Of a DNA stretch of 64,000 bases, positions 12,047-24,008 are shown piece after piece (position 1 is the stretch's first letter; every line of letters starts with the position of its first letter). The position numbers and the translations under genes are program-made. Location: positions 104,470,001 through 104,534,000 of the forward strand of contig NC_083277.1 in NCBI RefSeq assembly GCF_963506605.1, written 5' to 3'. The DNA is from Zootoca vivipara. Taxonomy: Eukaryota. The notes under the pieces are model-generated. The model saw only the letters and a program-made list of their open reading frames with translations, was not told the origin of the DNA and did no database searches.

Positions 12047-12268
12047 TGTATGACTCCACCACCCTTCTGAGTGATACCCCCTCCCCTCCCCACCCCTTCT
12101 CTACATAAGCGCCTGGGGACTCCTATTTCAGTGTATCTGAAGAAGTGTGCATGCACACAAAAGCTCATACCAAAATAAAAACTTAGTTGGTCTTTAAGGT
12201 GCTACTGAAGGAATTTTTTTTATTTTACTTCGACCCAGACCAACACGGCTACCTACCTGTAACTGGAA
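12047..12268 (+). mobile_element. Penelope-like pLTR fragment with mutated hammerhead
   Basis: CTGAAGA-A-GTGTG(CATG)CACAC-AAAAGC where the 8840 copy has GAAAGC; interrupts an element whose uninterrupted form is at ~30375-30555. Confidence 0.7.
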
Positions 12269-12861
12269 TGGCTTCTGTAAACCTGGGTTCTGTCCCTGGA
12301 AAATAGAGACATTTGGAGGGTCTGTTACAGCTATCCTGTATCGTCATGATTAACATATTATCAAGTGGAGGGGCTGAGACTTGCAGATATTCTGATAAGG
12401 AGAGTTTTTACATCCCTGGCAAAGGCCCAAGACTTAGTGGTGCTTGGTAAATGGGGTCCTGTCAACTACCACAGAGAGGTGTCATTTCTGGGAGGCCTCG
12501 GCAGGCTCTCAAATAAAATAACAATGGGTGGGGAACCTTCAACTGAGCCTGAAGGCCACTTTTTTCGTTGGAGGGGCCACATGCCAGTACTGGGTGAGGC
12601 TAGAGGGCAAAGTGGGCCTTGCAACAAATGAGTGTGTTACCTTTGTACACTAGGCTAGCTTCAACACCCTCACACTCTTTCCAGGCGAGCAAGAGTCATG
12701 AGCAGAATTTTAAGTAACTGTTCCAGACAGTTAAAAACACCCAAGTAGAGTACACAACAGGGTTGTGGCTCAGGGAAGAGAGCTGAGAGAGGCCTTTGAG
12801 GCTTATTTGGGCTTTTAGGCCCAAAGCCTTTCGCCAGGCCCACTCTCTCTGTACAGTACTG

Positions 12862-12863
<2 letters not shown>

Positions 12864-12906
<43 letters not shown>

Positions 12907-13320
12907 TGTTTATTTATACCCCGCCCTCCCCAGTCAAAACCAGGCTCAGGGCGGCTAACACCAATAAAATTACATAAAAGAAAAAAAATAATTAAAATAC
13001 AATATTAAAATTTAAAATGCAGCCTCATTTTAAGTAGTCCATAAATCCAAACCATGAGGGAGGAAAACACAGGGGTCAGACTGAATCCAACCCAAAGGCC
13101 AGGCGGAACAGCTCTGTCTTGCAGGCCCTGCGGAAAGATGACAAATCCTGCAGGGCCCTCGTCTCCTGTGAAAGAGCGTTCCACCAAGTTGGGGCCAATA
13201 CTGAAAAGGCCCTGGCCCTAGTTGAGGCCAATCTAGCCACTTTATGGCTCGGGATCTCCAGAATATTGTTGTTTGTGGACCTTAAGGTCCTCCGCGGGGC
13301 ATACCAGGAGAGGCGGTCCC
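12864..13320 (-). mobile_element. L2-clade LINE 3' fragment
   Basis: (AAT)n tail at left; minus ORF RAFSVLAPTWWNAL..KTELFRLAF. Confidence 0.85.
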
Positions 13321-13428
13321 GTATACAGAATACATTTCCCATTTAGGATGATCTGTAGGGTGATGGACGTCGACGACAAGCACCTTAATGCCACACAGTG
13401 CTTCTCTCTCCCCTCAAAGCATGTAGAA

Positions 13429-13808
13429 TTAAGACTGGATCCACCTAAAGGGGAATACTTGTGTCAGGACAAGCCAGCAAAAGAGTCTGCTGAGCATGAG
13501 AGCATCTGTTTCTCTCTTGCATTCTGCCACGGCGTCCTCATCAGCCGCCTTTTTGCAATAACTTTTGAGTCCCACTGCTGTCTCTGCTGCAAAATTATAG
13601 AAAGAGTCTATGGGAAACAACAGTGGCCTCTGTTATCTATCCGTCCATTCAGATGGCTGCCATTCCAAGTGGAGAGAGAGAGAGAGAGAGAAAGTGCTGG
13701 GCTATTACTGTTGTGGCATCATCCTTATTCCCTGCCTGGGCCTTTGGTGGTAAAGGATGGCAGAAGCATCACCACAGCCACCAGCAAGGTCACCCTGTCA
13801 CAGCGCAT
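13429..13808 (-). CDS. Candidate two-exon small secreted protein, 83 aa (exon 1 13736-13808, exon 2 13429-13607); may be a pseudogene
   Basis: Exon 1 MRCDRVTLLVAVVMLLPSFTTKGP resembles a signal peptide; phase-1 GC-AG intron joins in frame to DSFYNFAAETAVGLKSYCKKAADEDAVAECKRE..; paralogue at 4200-5409. Confidence 0.35.
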
Positions 13809-15827
13809 GACATGGAGCGAGGGAGAGGATGGCAGAGATTCAGGAGTGGGCGCTCAGAACAATGGTTGCAGTCAACTGAGGAGTGGGAGGAAATGAGATC
13901 AGAGATAAGTGTCAGAAGAAAGCAGAATTAATGGGCGCTCACTGCAAAACAGGGCCTCCCAGCCTCAGTTTAAAAACAACTGATGGGGGCTGATGTGCTG
14001 AATGCAGCAGCCCTGGCAGCTTCTGGGGCAAGCAGGCCCTATGGAAGGATGGGCCATAGGCCAAGGATACGAGCCACAGAAGAGGCACCAATCAAGCAGC
14101 AGTTCCTCCATGCAGCCCTTTTGCTGATTGAATTCCCACTATGCTTCATGTGATCTTCAAAGTTAATTTTTTTAAAAAATGGCAAAATATTATTACCCTT
14201 CTGAAGCATAATCAACAAAACCCCTTCGGTATTCAGAGTCGTAGGTGCCAGTGTGGCACCTTCACTAGAACATCACAAAAAAATGAGCGAGCTGTGTGTG
14301 CGCACGCACATTGAAGAGGAAGCGTGATGCTGGAGCCTAAAGTCTGCAACTTGCAACAGTCTTGAAATGAGAGTATGCAAGGTGTTAAGACGAGGTAATT
14401 GGGTTAGTCCCTTGTCTGGTGGAAGGGTGTGAATGTGCCGTCCCTTAAGGTTGTTGGGGAAAAGAAGCAATAGTGACTGTTTGCAACGTTACTGAATATA
14501 TCAAATATAGCAGTTTTTAGAGACCGTAACTCTTTCAATTTAAGCAAGGATATAAATCACCATGGGATCCAATCAGATGTGATCTTTAAGTGCTCTACTT
14601 TGGATCAGGACATATAGCTGTGACGTGTGATCTCCTCCCACTGTCGTGTAACTCTGTTAAGGCTGACAAGAGTTGGGAATCCAGAAACAACTGGAAGGCT
14701 ACAGGTTTATCATCACTAGTTAAAACATCCCACTCCTCTACTCTAGCTCTGGTCCAAACTGCCCCAACAGAGTTGTTGAGGAAATATACAGGAACCAGGC
14801 AAGTGACTTTCTACCTGCTTAAAACTTGAATTCTTAAATGCCCAAATCCTACCCCAAGATTAGAACATCTCTCAGGTGGAGCCGAGTTCTAATCCAAGTC
14901 AGCTCAAAGTCCTGCCCAGATGAGCGCCACTGGTGAGAAACTCAACATGGTGGCTACTCGGCCTGCCTTTAGGCATTGTTGGGCTTTAGCCGCAAATTTC
15001 CCTCCACCCAACTCAGAGGGTGAATAACACAGGAAATAGGTGACACCAAAGAGGGGGAGGGAGTTACTGTTGATCTAATTAGGGCCTCAGGTCGTTTCTT
15101 GGCCTGTAATATGTTAAAGAGTTTGATTATAAACTCTTAATTGTTCACACAATCCCAAAGTGAGAAACACGTAAACACAACAACAGTTCAATTAAATATA
15201 ACTTGACTATTTTGACATCAGAACATCCAATTGTTACCTGGTTACTTCCAATCTCTGTAGGGCCTTGATCTCATAGGCTTCAGGGGACCTCTACTTTATG
15301 TCCTCCCTAAACTGTTTGCAATCTTTTTCTAATACCCCCCCCCCACTATTTCTTCAATCTTCCTCCATGTGTTCTGATACAAATCTGTTAGAAAGCCAGA
15401 GATACATTCTGTTTAATAAAAACATCATCACCCTTTCATTTCCTTATGGATTTAGAACTATGCATCGTATTACCGGTAGGAGAACCTAGAACTGCCCTCT
15501 GCTGCCACCCTGTGCCTACTAGCAGGAACTGCACGAGGAGAAATAAATCACCCAAACCAGGAAATTTGCATATTCAGATTTGATGACTGCAACACTCTAT
15601 TGAGCAGATACTACAATTGGTCTAGAATGTGGCTGCCATAATTTTAAGTGGGTCAAACAAATTATTTGCGTTGTTATGGTCCAAAGGAAGGCAGAGCAAT
15701 ACGTTTGGCACCAGCTTGGCTACAGGAGTTGCCAGAAGTCGGTCTGCAAGGTGCCAACAGTAGATGTAGAACGATGTAGAATTCTGCAGCAAGGGACCAG
15801 GCATGTCAAATGTAGTATGTTGGCCCT

Positions 15828-16642
15828 AATATTGAATATGATGCATGGTTGAAAATGTGGAATCAAACATTGAAATTTACTGCATGTACCGCTTTGAAAG
15901 AAAATGTAATGAAGATGATGTATAGGTGGTCTCTAACACCAGTAAAATTAGCCAAGATGTATAGAATGACTAGTAAATTATGCTGGAAATGTAGAGATAA
16001 AGATGGTGAATTCTATCATATGTGTTCTGATACAAATCTGTTAGAAAGCCAGAGATACCATATCATATGTGGTGGACATGTGAAAAAGTAAAAAGATTTT
16101 GGGAAATGATATATAATGAACTGAAAAAGATTTTTAAGTATACCTTTCCCAAAAAACCGGAGGCTTTTCTATTAGGATTAATAGAGGAGATTGCAAAGGG
16201 AGATCAAAAATTATTTATGTATACTACAACCGCGGCTAGGACTTTATTAGCCCAAAAATGGAAAGTACAGGAGTTACCGACGATTGAGGAGTGGCAGACG
16301 AAAATGATTGACTATGCAGTTAGCTAAGTTGACCTGCAGGATCCAAAACCAGGGAGAGACAAGGTTCCAAAAGGAATGGAGTAAATTTGTGGACTATATG
16401 GAGAACTGTAGAAGTTTAAAGACACTTTCAGGACTGAAATAAATCCTACGAATTGATTTTAAGTAGATGGACTAAAAGGAAAGAGAACCGAATGATGGGA
16501 GGGAGGGAAGTCAAAGCTCAGCAGAGCAAGAGAATTAGAATAGTTGAATAGAAGATAAAATGGAAAAGATTTTTTGTTTTTTGTTGTGTTTGTTGTTGCA
16601 TGTTGCTTATTTGGAAAATTTAATAAAAATTATCTTAAAATA
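15828..16642 (+). mobile_element. LINE-1-like 3' fragment (ORF2 C-terminus and 3'UTR)
   Basis: CWKC..EFYHMWWTC Cys/His motif; AATAAA end; 16-bp TSD GTAGTATGTTGGCCCT at 15812-15827 and 16643-16658. Confidence 0.9.
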
Positions 16643-16764
16643 GTAGTATGTTGGCCCTTGCTCTTTTGCCTTGCCTGCCAGTGCATCCCAGGGCCCATTC
16701 AATGGGCTCATTTTAACCTATAAAGCTGCAAAACAGCCAAGGAGCCCAGTAGCTGAAGCACAGC

Positions 16765-16840
16765 CATCCCGGAGTGGGCTCGAACCACCAACCTTCTGGT
16801 TAACAGCAAAACACACCCAACTCATTGTGCCACTAGGGGC
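16765..16840 (-). pseudogene. tRNA-Asn(GTT)-derived pseudogene or SINE head
   Basis: Reverse complement ..GTGGCACAATGAGTTGGG..GCTGTTAACCAGAAGGTTGGTGGTTCGAGCCCACTCCGGGATG resembles vertebrate tRNA-Asn, with stem mismatches and CpG decay. Confidence 0.7.
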
Positions 16841-17783
16841 TTTACCTGTGGAATACTCTCCCCAGAGTTCACCAAAGTGTATGGGGCCTGTGGTGCATGG
16901 GGGTTACTTACTTTTATATAGGGGCATTTTCTTTTGGGCTGTATCCAACAAAGCTCCACTCGCACATCAGACTTGTAAGCATTTAACAGATCTTCCTCTT
17001 CATCTCCAGTCTCCTCCAGCCCCTTCCCCCATCAGTGCCGGGGGGGGTGGGGGTGGGAGTTAATCTTTTGAACAAGTTACCACAAACCAGGAAGTACGGT
17101 ACATCTGTGTGGCTTGGAGAATGGTTTCTAAAGCATCTTAAACACAGAACTACCTTGCAGTACTTTCACCAGTCATAGTGGGAGTTCTTACCTAGAGACC
17201 CACATTCTAGTGGTTGTGGATTAAACCAAGGTTCTGCTATGCTCAATGAATGCAGAGGGGGTTAAGGCCAAACACAAGAATTATGACCCAGATTGGATCA
17301 TGTTGTCATGTATATTTACAAGCCACATCATAAACAAAGAATGCAACCCAGAACATGTCCAGTGTCCACCTCTATTTTTGCAAGGCAAATTGGTCTTCCA
17401 AGAGAAACCTTCAATTAGATTCATGATGCAAACAAGTGATGCTGAAGTGCAAGGTCTTGCTCCAGACTGCCATGGGCAGGCATGACTCACCTACAGTACA
17501 CTTGCACCAGGCATTAGTTTGACAAACATCCAATTAGACGTAGTACTTGCTCTTCCACTTAAGGATTACAATGACTTTGTAAAGCACATCATAAACTATA
17601 GCAAAATGATTGATTTCTAGGAAAACCTTTAAGTTCAATGAAACTTACTCCCGGGTAAGCGGGTTTAGGTTTGCAGCCTAAATGTTCTTTTTTTTATATT
17701 GGATTGGATTCAGATTCTTCCTTCTGCTAGAGGAAGCAATAGGGTGGTTTTTGTTGTTTTCGCTGTATTCCTTTCCTCTATAC

Positions 17784-17919
17784 CAGGCATGTCAAACCTG
17801 CGGCCCTCCAGATGTTTTGGCCTACAACTCCCATGATCCCTAGCTAGCAGGACCAGTGGTTGGGGAAGATGGGAATTGTAGTCCAAAACATCTGGAGGGC
17901 CGCAGTTTTGACATGCCTG
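17784..17919. mobile_element. hAT-family MITE
   Basis: TIR CAGGCATGTCAAA; 8-bp TSD CTCTATAC. Confidence 0.9.
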
Positions 17920-18740
17920 CTCTATACCCTCCAGCATCACCTCACATGCTGCTAAGAAGGGTCCCTCAACCCCCCAGAGCAGCTTTTTAAGGAAAAACTC
18001 TGCTTAACTCCAGTGGCGTGTTACATGAATGGAATTCCACTCAACCCAAGTATGAATGTGATCAAGTAAACTTTTTGTATCTGAGGTGGGGAAGTTTGAA
18101 TCCTTCATAAGCTGTTATAATACAGCTATATAAAAAAATGGAACAGTGTACATGCTTCTCCCAGACGCCAGCTACTTCCAGAAGTAGTTACTGGTCAGTG
18201 TGAGGACACGTCAAGAGTTCATTTCCAGTGTGGAGGCTCGCACAAGTGCAAACTGAGTAGAAACAAAGTTGGAGGTGCTTTATGCATCAACTGATCCAAT
18301 CCACCGCTTGATCTATGAAATCTGAAACTAAAGCATCCGCAATACACACCTGGCCAGCCTCTGCTTGAAGATATACAACATGGGAGAACCCACCACTACT
18401 CTAGGTACTTGTTCCACTGCTGAGTTCTTGACCTTCAATCAGTTTTATCCTTTAGTTCAACTAAAACCTTACCACTAAATTTAGCTTTGCTCTCTGGAGC
18501 ACAAGACAAGTCTTTGCTAGCTCCTATGGCAGTCCTTCAAGTACGTGACGAGTACTACCGGTACCGGTACCTGCTTCTGAACACACCCTCCTTAAACATA
18601 CGTAGTTCCATACTTCATACAACTTGTTTTCCAATACAGCTGACCGCATCTTTGTTACCTTCTATCAAACCTATTCAGTTTGTTCAGCTGTTGGTTACCA
18701 TTTTGTGGTTGTGGGCAAATTTGGAAACACAATAAACTGT

Positions 18741-18783
<43 letters not shown>

Positions 18784-19224
18784 CGCCCCACTGCCATGCA
18801 GTCAGTCTCTCTCCACTCACCAGCAATTACGCTTGGGGAAAAAAGCTTTTTATATTTTTCTGAACCTTAATTTGCAGGGAGGGAATCTTCCTGGAAACTG
18901 CAGCTTGAGAGGGTTCATTCTTCACTCCCCAAGGAGGTCACCCACAAAGGATGGGCGGGGGGACAAGGAATGTTCTCACCAGTGAAAACATGTCACATGG
19001 CACTCTTGGCTTCTAAACGTTGAGCACATTTCCCGTTACTTCAGTCCTGCCCACAAACATGAGGATTGCCAATACTATTTGCACTCTGCATCTAAACATA
19101 CAGGTTTCCAAGTTCCACAGTCAGTATGCCTAAATAACAGCTAACAACAATATATCCACCCCTTAAGGTACAGCCCTTTAAAAACAGCATTCTAGCCCAA
19201 TAATTCATAAAGACCAGCTGTAAA

Positions 19225-19230
19225 TTTATT
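19225..19230 (-). terminator. RPS26: RPS26 polyadenylation signal
   Basis: AATAAA 40 nt after the stop codon. Confidence 0.85.
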
Positions 19231-19269
19231 GTGTCAACAGTAGAAACTGGCATCATTCAAGCCATCTCT

Positions 19270-19305
19270 TTACATAGGCTTAGGGGGTGGTCTTGGTGCA
19301 GCACC
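19270..19305 (-). CDS. RPS26: 40S ribosomal protein S26 (eS26) exon 4
   Basis: CAG|GAAPRPPPKPM-TAA. Confidence 0.97.
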   Translation of the reverse strand, partial: GAAPRPPPKPM

Positions 19306-20003
19306 CTGGGAAAAAAAAAGAAAGGTTGTGTTAGGAGACAATCATTTAATTTTGACAGTTATCTAAATCAAGACAATACTCAATTGCCATCACAAGACCA
19401 ATTTGATACAGGCGAGTTGCAACAAAAGAACAATGCAAGGGAAGCAGTCTGGAGAGCTGGCATTGCCCTTTTGGCGTAATCTTCAACTTCGAGATTAGGC
19501 ATTTTAATGAATCCCGGCTTATGTCACTATACATCACCATGTACACAGGTGGCACTGTATGAGCTGCAGTGCAGCTGCCTCCTGGGGCAGACTGTGGCTC
19601 TATAAAGTTCAGTCAGAACCCAGTGGTGCAAATATTCCTGCAACATTCTGGTGCCTGTATTCCGTATTATTTCCAACTTCTTCCCCATGCAGCTTTTCAT
19701 TGGGCTCAATACAAAGTGTGCAAATCTCTACTGTAAGCCACACACAGGACTTCCTACAAAAATACCGGGAAAGGATGCAAGATGGTATACAAGGGCCAAG
19801 ATCAAGAACCCTCAGAAAAAGCACACATGCAATAACCCTATGCTTTTTTAGAACAGGGTATCACAGGAAGGAAAACGCTCCATTTTTATGCTCGGGACAT
19901 TTCGTTATATAATAAAGCAGTATCTTAGTACAAAGGGACATTTCAATGCTGATGGTGCCTCACCAGCTAGGTTTTGAAGTGCATAACTTTAAGAACAGCT
20001 TTA

Positions 20004-20204
<201 letters not shown>

Positions 20205-20576
20205 TTATAGAAAGGCAAAATCCAGTTCTTATAAGTCTTCCAATGGATGGAGGACTGCCTGTTAAGCTCATCAATTGGCTCTGAATTTTCCAAAGGAAAA
20301 CCAGCATATAAAATAATATTTAAAAAAGAAAAATTTACGGGAGCTTAAAACTTGAGAGGTAAGCCTCATGTTCATTCTGACAGAACAAAGCAGGCCAAGC
20401 ATACAACACATTTCAATTAAGAGTCACAATGGGATTTTATTTCTGTTTTTACACAAAGAAATCAGTCTTCATTCCACCCTTCTCAAACTTTAAACAAGAC
20501 ACTTGACTTAAGTTGTAATCTCTCCTCTTAATGCCTTCTTTCCTGACCCCAAACTTGCAGAATGAATACAGTAGAC

Positions 20577-20712
20577 CAGGCATCCCCAAACTTTGGCCCT
20601 CCAGATGTTTTGGACTACAATTCCCATCATCCCTGACCACTGGTCCTCTTAGCTAGGGATCATGGGAGTTGTAGGCCAAAACATCTGGAGGGCCGCAGTT
20701 TGGGGATGCCTG
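20577..20712. mobile_element. hAT MITE inserted in the TIR of a Tigger-like MITE (20569-20886), RPS26 intron 2
   Basis: 8-bp TSD CAGTAGAC equals the first 8 nt of the host TIR; host ends GAGGGTCCACTG|TA. Confidence 0.85.
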
Positions 20713-20930
20713 CAGTAGACCCTTGGGTTACGATACTCCTGAGTAACGTAAACTTCGGGTTGCGAAAGCGGCAAACCTTGAAGTATTTTCCCGGGTTTCA
20801 TCGACCATGTGTGTGCGCAGAAGCAGCGCCTCTGGATACAGATTTGTCAGGGTGCGCACGGACCCCCGGAACCAGAGGGTCCACTGTACTGGTAAATGAG
20901 AAGTAGCGTATGGAGACAGAAGATACTTAC

Positions 20931-21108
20931 AGTCAAACACACTTGCTTCTGAGATATCTCGGACTGCAGCTGCTTCAACTATGTTTCGGATGACAAACTT
21001 CTTAATAGCCTTGTCCTTGGGGACGCAGCGGGCACAGTTTGTACAGCGAATAGGCTGAACATGTCCCCGGCCCTTCTTGGCACGGCCATTGTTCCTTCTC
21101 TTCTTGGT
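20931..21108 (-). CDS. RPS26: RPS26 exon 2 (178 nt)
   Basis: [59 protein letters not shown]; AG/GT boundaries. Confidence 0.98.
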
Positions 21109-22795
21109 CTGTTTAAAGGGACAGAAATTTATAAATATGAAGGTATTGGAGAACCAACATAGCACTATAGAACACAGGAAAAGCACTGCTCAATACCAGG
21201 CAGTTATTCGAAATACCTCTCACTTGGGCATCACTGGCAAGCATCACCTCCAGAGAAAGACAAGGAAACTGTGTGTCTCTTCCCTGTATTTTACCAATAC
21301 ACCCTACATGGTAACAAATACAGCAAATAAAAGCACAGATCCATAAAATCACCCAAATTCACACCATAACAATTAAGCCCGAATGTTCAGTATACCTCTG
21401 ATAAGCTGTTGGTGGGGTCAAACAAAGTTAATAAAGTACCATAATGTCCTCACCTGTGAGCATCAACAGCACTGGCTTCTGGTTCATTACAATATATGGT
21501 GACAGCTACTAGCTTAAATCATGGGCATAGCCAGGAGTGGGGGCAGCTGATCCCCCCCCCCAAAATAAATATTTGAAATTGAAATGCTCTCTGAGATCAC
21601 TTGGATGTTGTGGCATGTTCTAGCAATGCAATTGGCAACCCAGCTGAGTGATAGGTGTAGCTTCTGTGAAGTGACCCATTGTGTCCCATCCTGCCCCTCC
21701 CCCAACATAAATCTTGGCCACCCCCATGTCTTAAATGATTTTGAAAAGAGTTGAGACATTCACAGCAGTTAAATAGGATTTCCATGTTATTACAGATTAT
21801 ACCCATGAACACCAGGTGTTGATAGTAAGAATTGCTTACTACACCATTGCTTTTGTGTCCCGTTCACAAGCTTCCCAGAAGCATCTGCACACCCACTTCT
21901 GGAAACAGAATGGGCTACAGTGGAAAGCTGTAGGACTGATCCAGCTGGCCCAAAAATGAATTTGGAGAACTATTTCTGAATCTTTTACCATATATCTGCA
22001 TAGTGGTCATGTTCCTGTTGTGACCCACCTTGGATCAAGCCATGACCCACCAGTGGAAGACCTGTGCTCTAAGACAACTTTTCTCAACCTTTTGTCCTCC
22101 AGGTGTTTTGGACTACAACTTTCGCTATCCCTGACCACTTCTAGGAGTTGTAGCCCAAAAAACTTGCAGAAGGCCAAATTGGGGGGGAAGTTGCTTTAAA
22201 TGATGGGTTAGGATCCCAAACAGTACACACTCCACTCTACGTGAGGGCCAATGGCACCCTGCAGTATTTTTGCTTCTTCAAGTGTTTGTTTGGTTTGTGA
22301 AAAAGGAACTTTAAGTAACTAAAAAATAAAATGGGTTTCTTGTTATATGCTGGGATTTAAAGTGATTCCAGTGACACATTTTTAAAAATGTTTGGTATTC
22401 CCCCCCCAAAAAAAACTAGGTGACAGAAAGAGAGAGTAAGTAACGTCCTAACAAATAAAGCAGTTCCCATGTTAAAAGGTGGGTTTAATGGGAATTCCAT
22501 TCTCAAATCTGGCCAGTGTTTTAGAAACAGTCAGACCTTTAGAATGACCCAGGAGAGCGCTTCCTTTTCTTTTAATACCACCAACTGTTCTGATAATACA
22601 CGACCCTCATTTCTGCCTTCCGAGTTGTTATGTTGCAGCCTCCTCCCAGTTTTCCAGTTATGACTGAGCAGGTGCATTCCTTGCTCCCACCTTTCCACAC
22701 TACCACTGCCTATTCACATGCAGCAGGATGACTTGAACCTTCATTATAATGGCAGGTGCTGGGGTGTTCAAAGAACCAGAGGTGTCATACCACTA

Positions 22796-24008
22796 CCGTG
22801 TTTCCCCCTTTTTAATACGTAGTCATAAAGTAAGCCAGGGCAGCAATTTTAAGCATTTGCGAAAGATAAGCCATACCCCGAAAATAAGACATAGTGTATC
22901 TCCATGCCTGCAGCAGCGTGGGCGGAGAGCTGAGCCAGCGGCCGGGCCTCTGTTGCTTCTAGCCCAGTTTCTAGTTTCTAGCCCAGCAGCTTGGAGCACC
23001 CAGGAGCACCGGAGCCAGCGGCCCTGCCTCTGCCTGGCCGAGGAGGCCTGCTGTTCCGCCGCCTGGAACCGGCTGCTGGAGCGCGCGGAGCGCCCAGCAG
23101 CCCCGGAGCCGAGCGCCAGAGCAAGCGGCCTCAGCTCCATCCAGCCGACACCGTCCCGCCGCGCGGAAACGGCTGCTGGAGCGCACGGAGCGCCCAGCAG
23201 CCCCGGAGCCGAGCGCCAGAGCAAGCGGCCTCAGCTCCATCCAGCCGCCGCCGCCCCGCCACCCGGAAATGGCTGCTGGAGCGCGCGGAGCGCCCAGCAG
23301 CCCCGGAGCCGAGCGCCAGAGCCAGCGGCCTCGCCTCCATCCGGCCGCCGCCGCCCCGCCGCCCGGAAACAGCTGCTGGAGCGCGCGGAGTGCCCAGCAG
23401 CCCCGGAGCCGAGCGCCAGAGCAAGCGGCCTCAGCTCCATCCAGCCGCCGCCGCCCCGCCGCCCGGAAACAGCTGCTGGAGCGCGCGGAGCGCCCAGCAG
23501 CCCCGGAGCCGAGCGCCAGAGCAAGCGGCCTCAGCTCCATCCAGCCGCCGCCGCCCCGCCACCCGGAAATGGCTGCTGGAGCGCGCGGAGCGCCCAGCAG
23601 CCCCGGAGCTGAGGGCCAGAGCCAGCGGCCTCGCCTCCACCCGGCCGCCGCCGCTCCGCCGCCCGGAAACGGCTGCTGGAGCGCGCGGAGCGCCGAGCAG
23701 CCCCGGAGCTCAGCGCCAGAGCCAGCGGCCTCGCCGTCGCCGTCCCGCCGCCTGGAAACGGCTGCTGGAGCGCGCGGAGCGCCCAGCTGCTCAAAGCGCC
23801 CAGCAGCGCTCAGACAGCCCAGCAGCATGGCGCGCAGTGCCCAGCAGTGCCCCGAGCCAGCAGCCTGGCCCGGCCAAGAAGACCTTAAGGTGCTGTATAA
23901 ACTGTAATAACGTAAAAAAAATAAGACATGCCACCAAAAATAAGCCACCCTGTGGTTTTTTGAGGGAAAAAAGCAATAAGACGGTGTCTTAAAATGTGGG
24001 AAACACGG
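22796..24008. mobile_element. Non-autonomous Tc1/mariner-pogo-like DNA transposon in RPS26 intron 1
   Basis: TA|CCGTGTTTCCC ... GGGAAACACGG|TA with subterminal aaaataagac/ataagcca repeats. Confidence 0.85.
23071..23790. repeat. GC-rich minisatellite, 100-bp unit, about 7 copies plus degenerate flanks
   Basis: gctgctggagcgc recurs at 23072, 23172, 23272, 23372, 23472, 23572, 23672 and 23761. Confidence 0.95.

Noticed and set aside
13273-13896. 207-aa plus-strand ORF (and 133-aa paralogue at 5096-5497)
   Set aside because: Starts inside transposon sequence, crosses a microsatellite, non-ATG start; the minus-strand exon model explains the homology better
16765-16840. Functional tRNA-Asn gene
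   Set aside because: Acceptor, D and anticodon stems have mismatches and there is no clear poly-T terminator; kept as pseudogene or SINE head
23071-23790. Regular repeat array superficially like CRISPR
   Set aside because: No unique spacers, eukaryotic context, no cas genes
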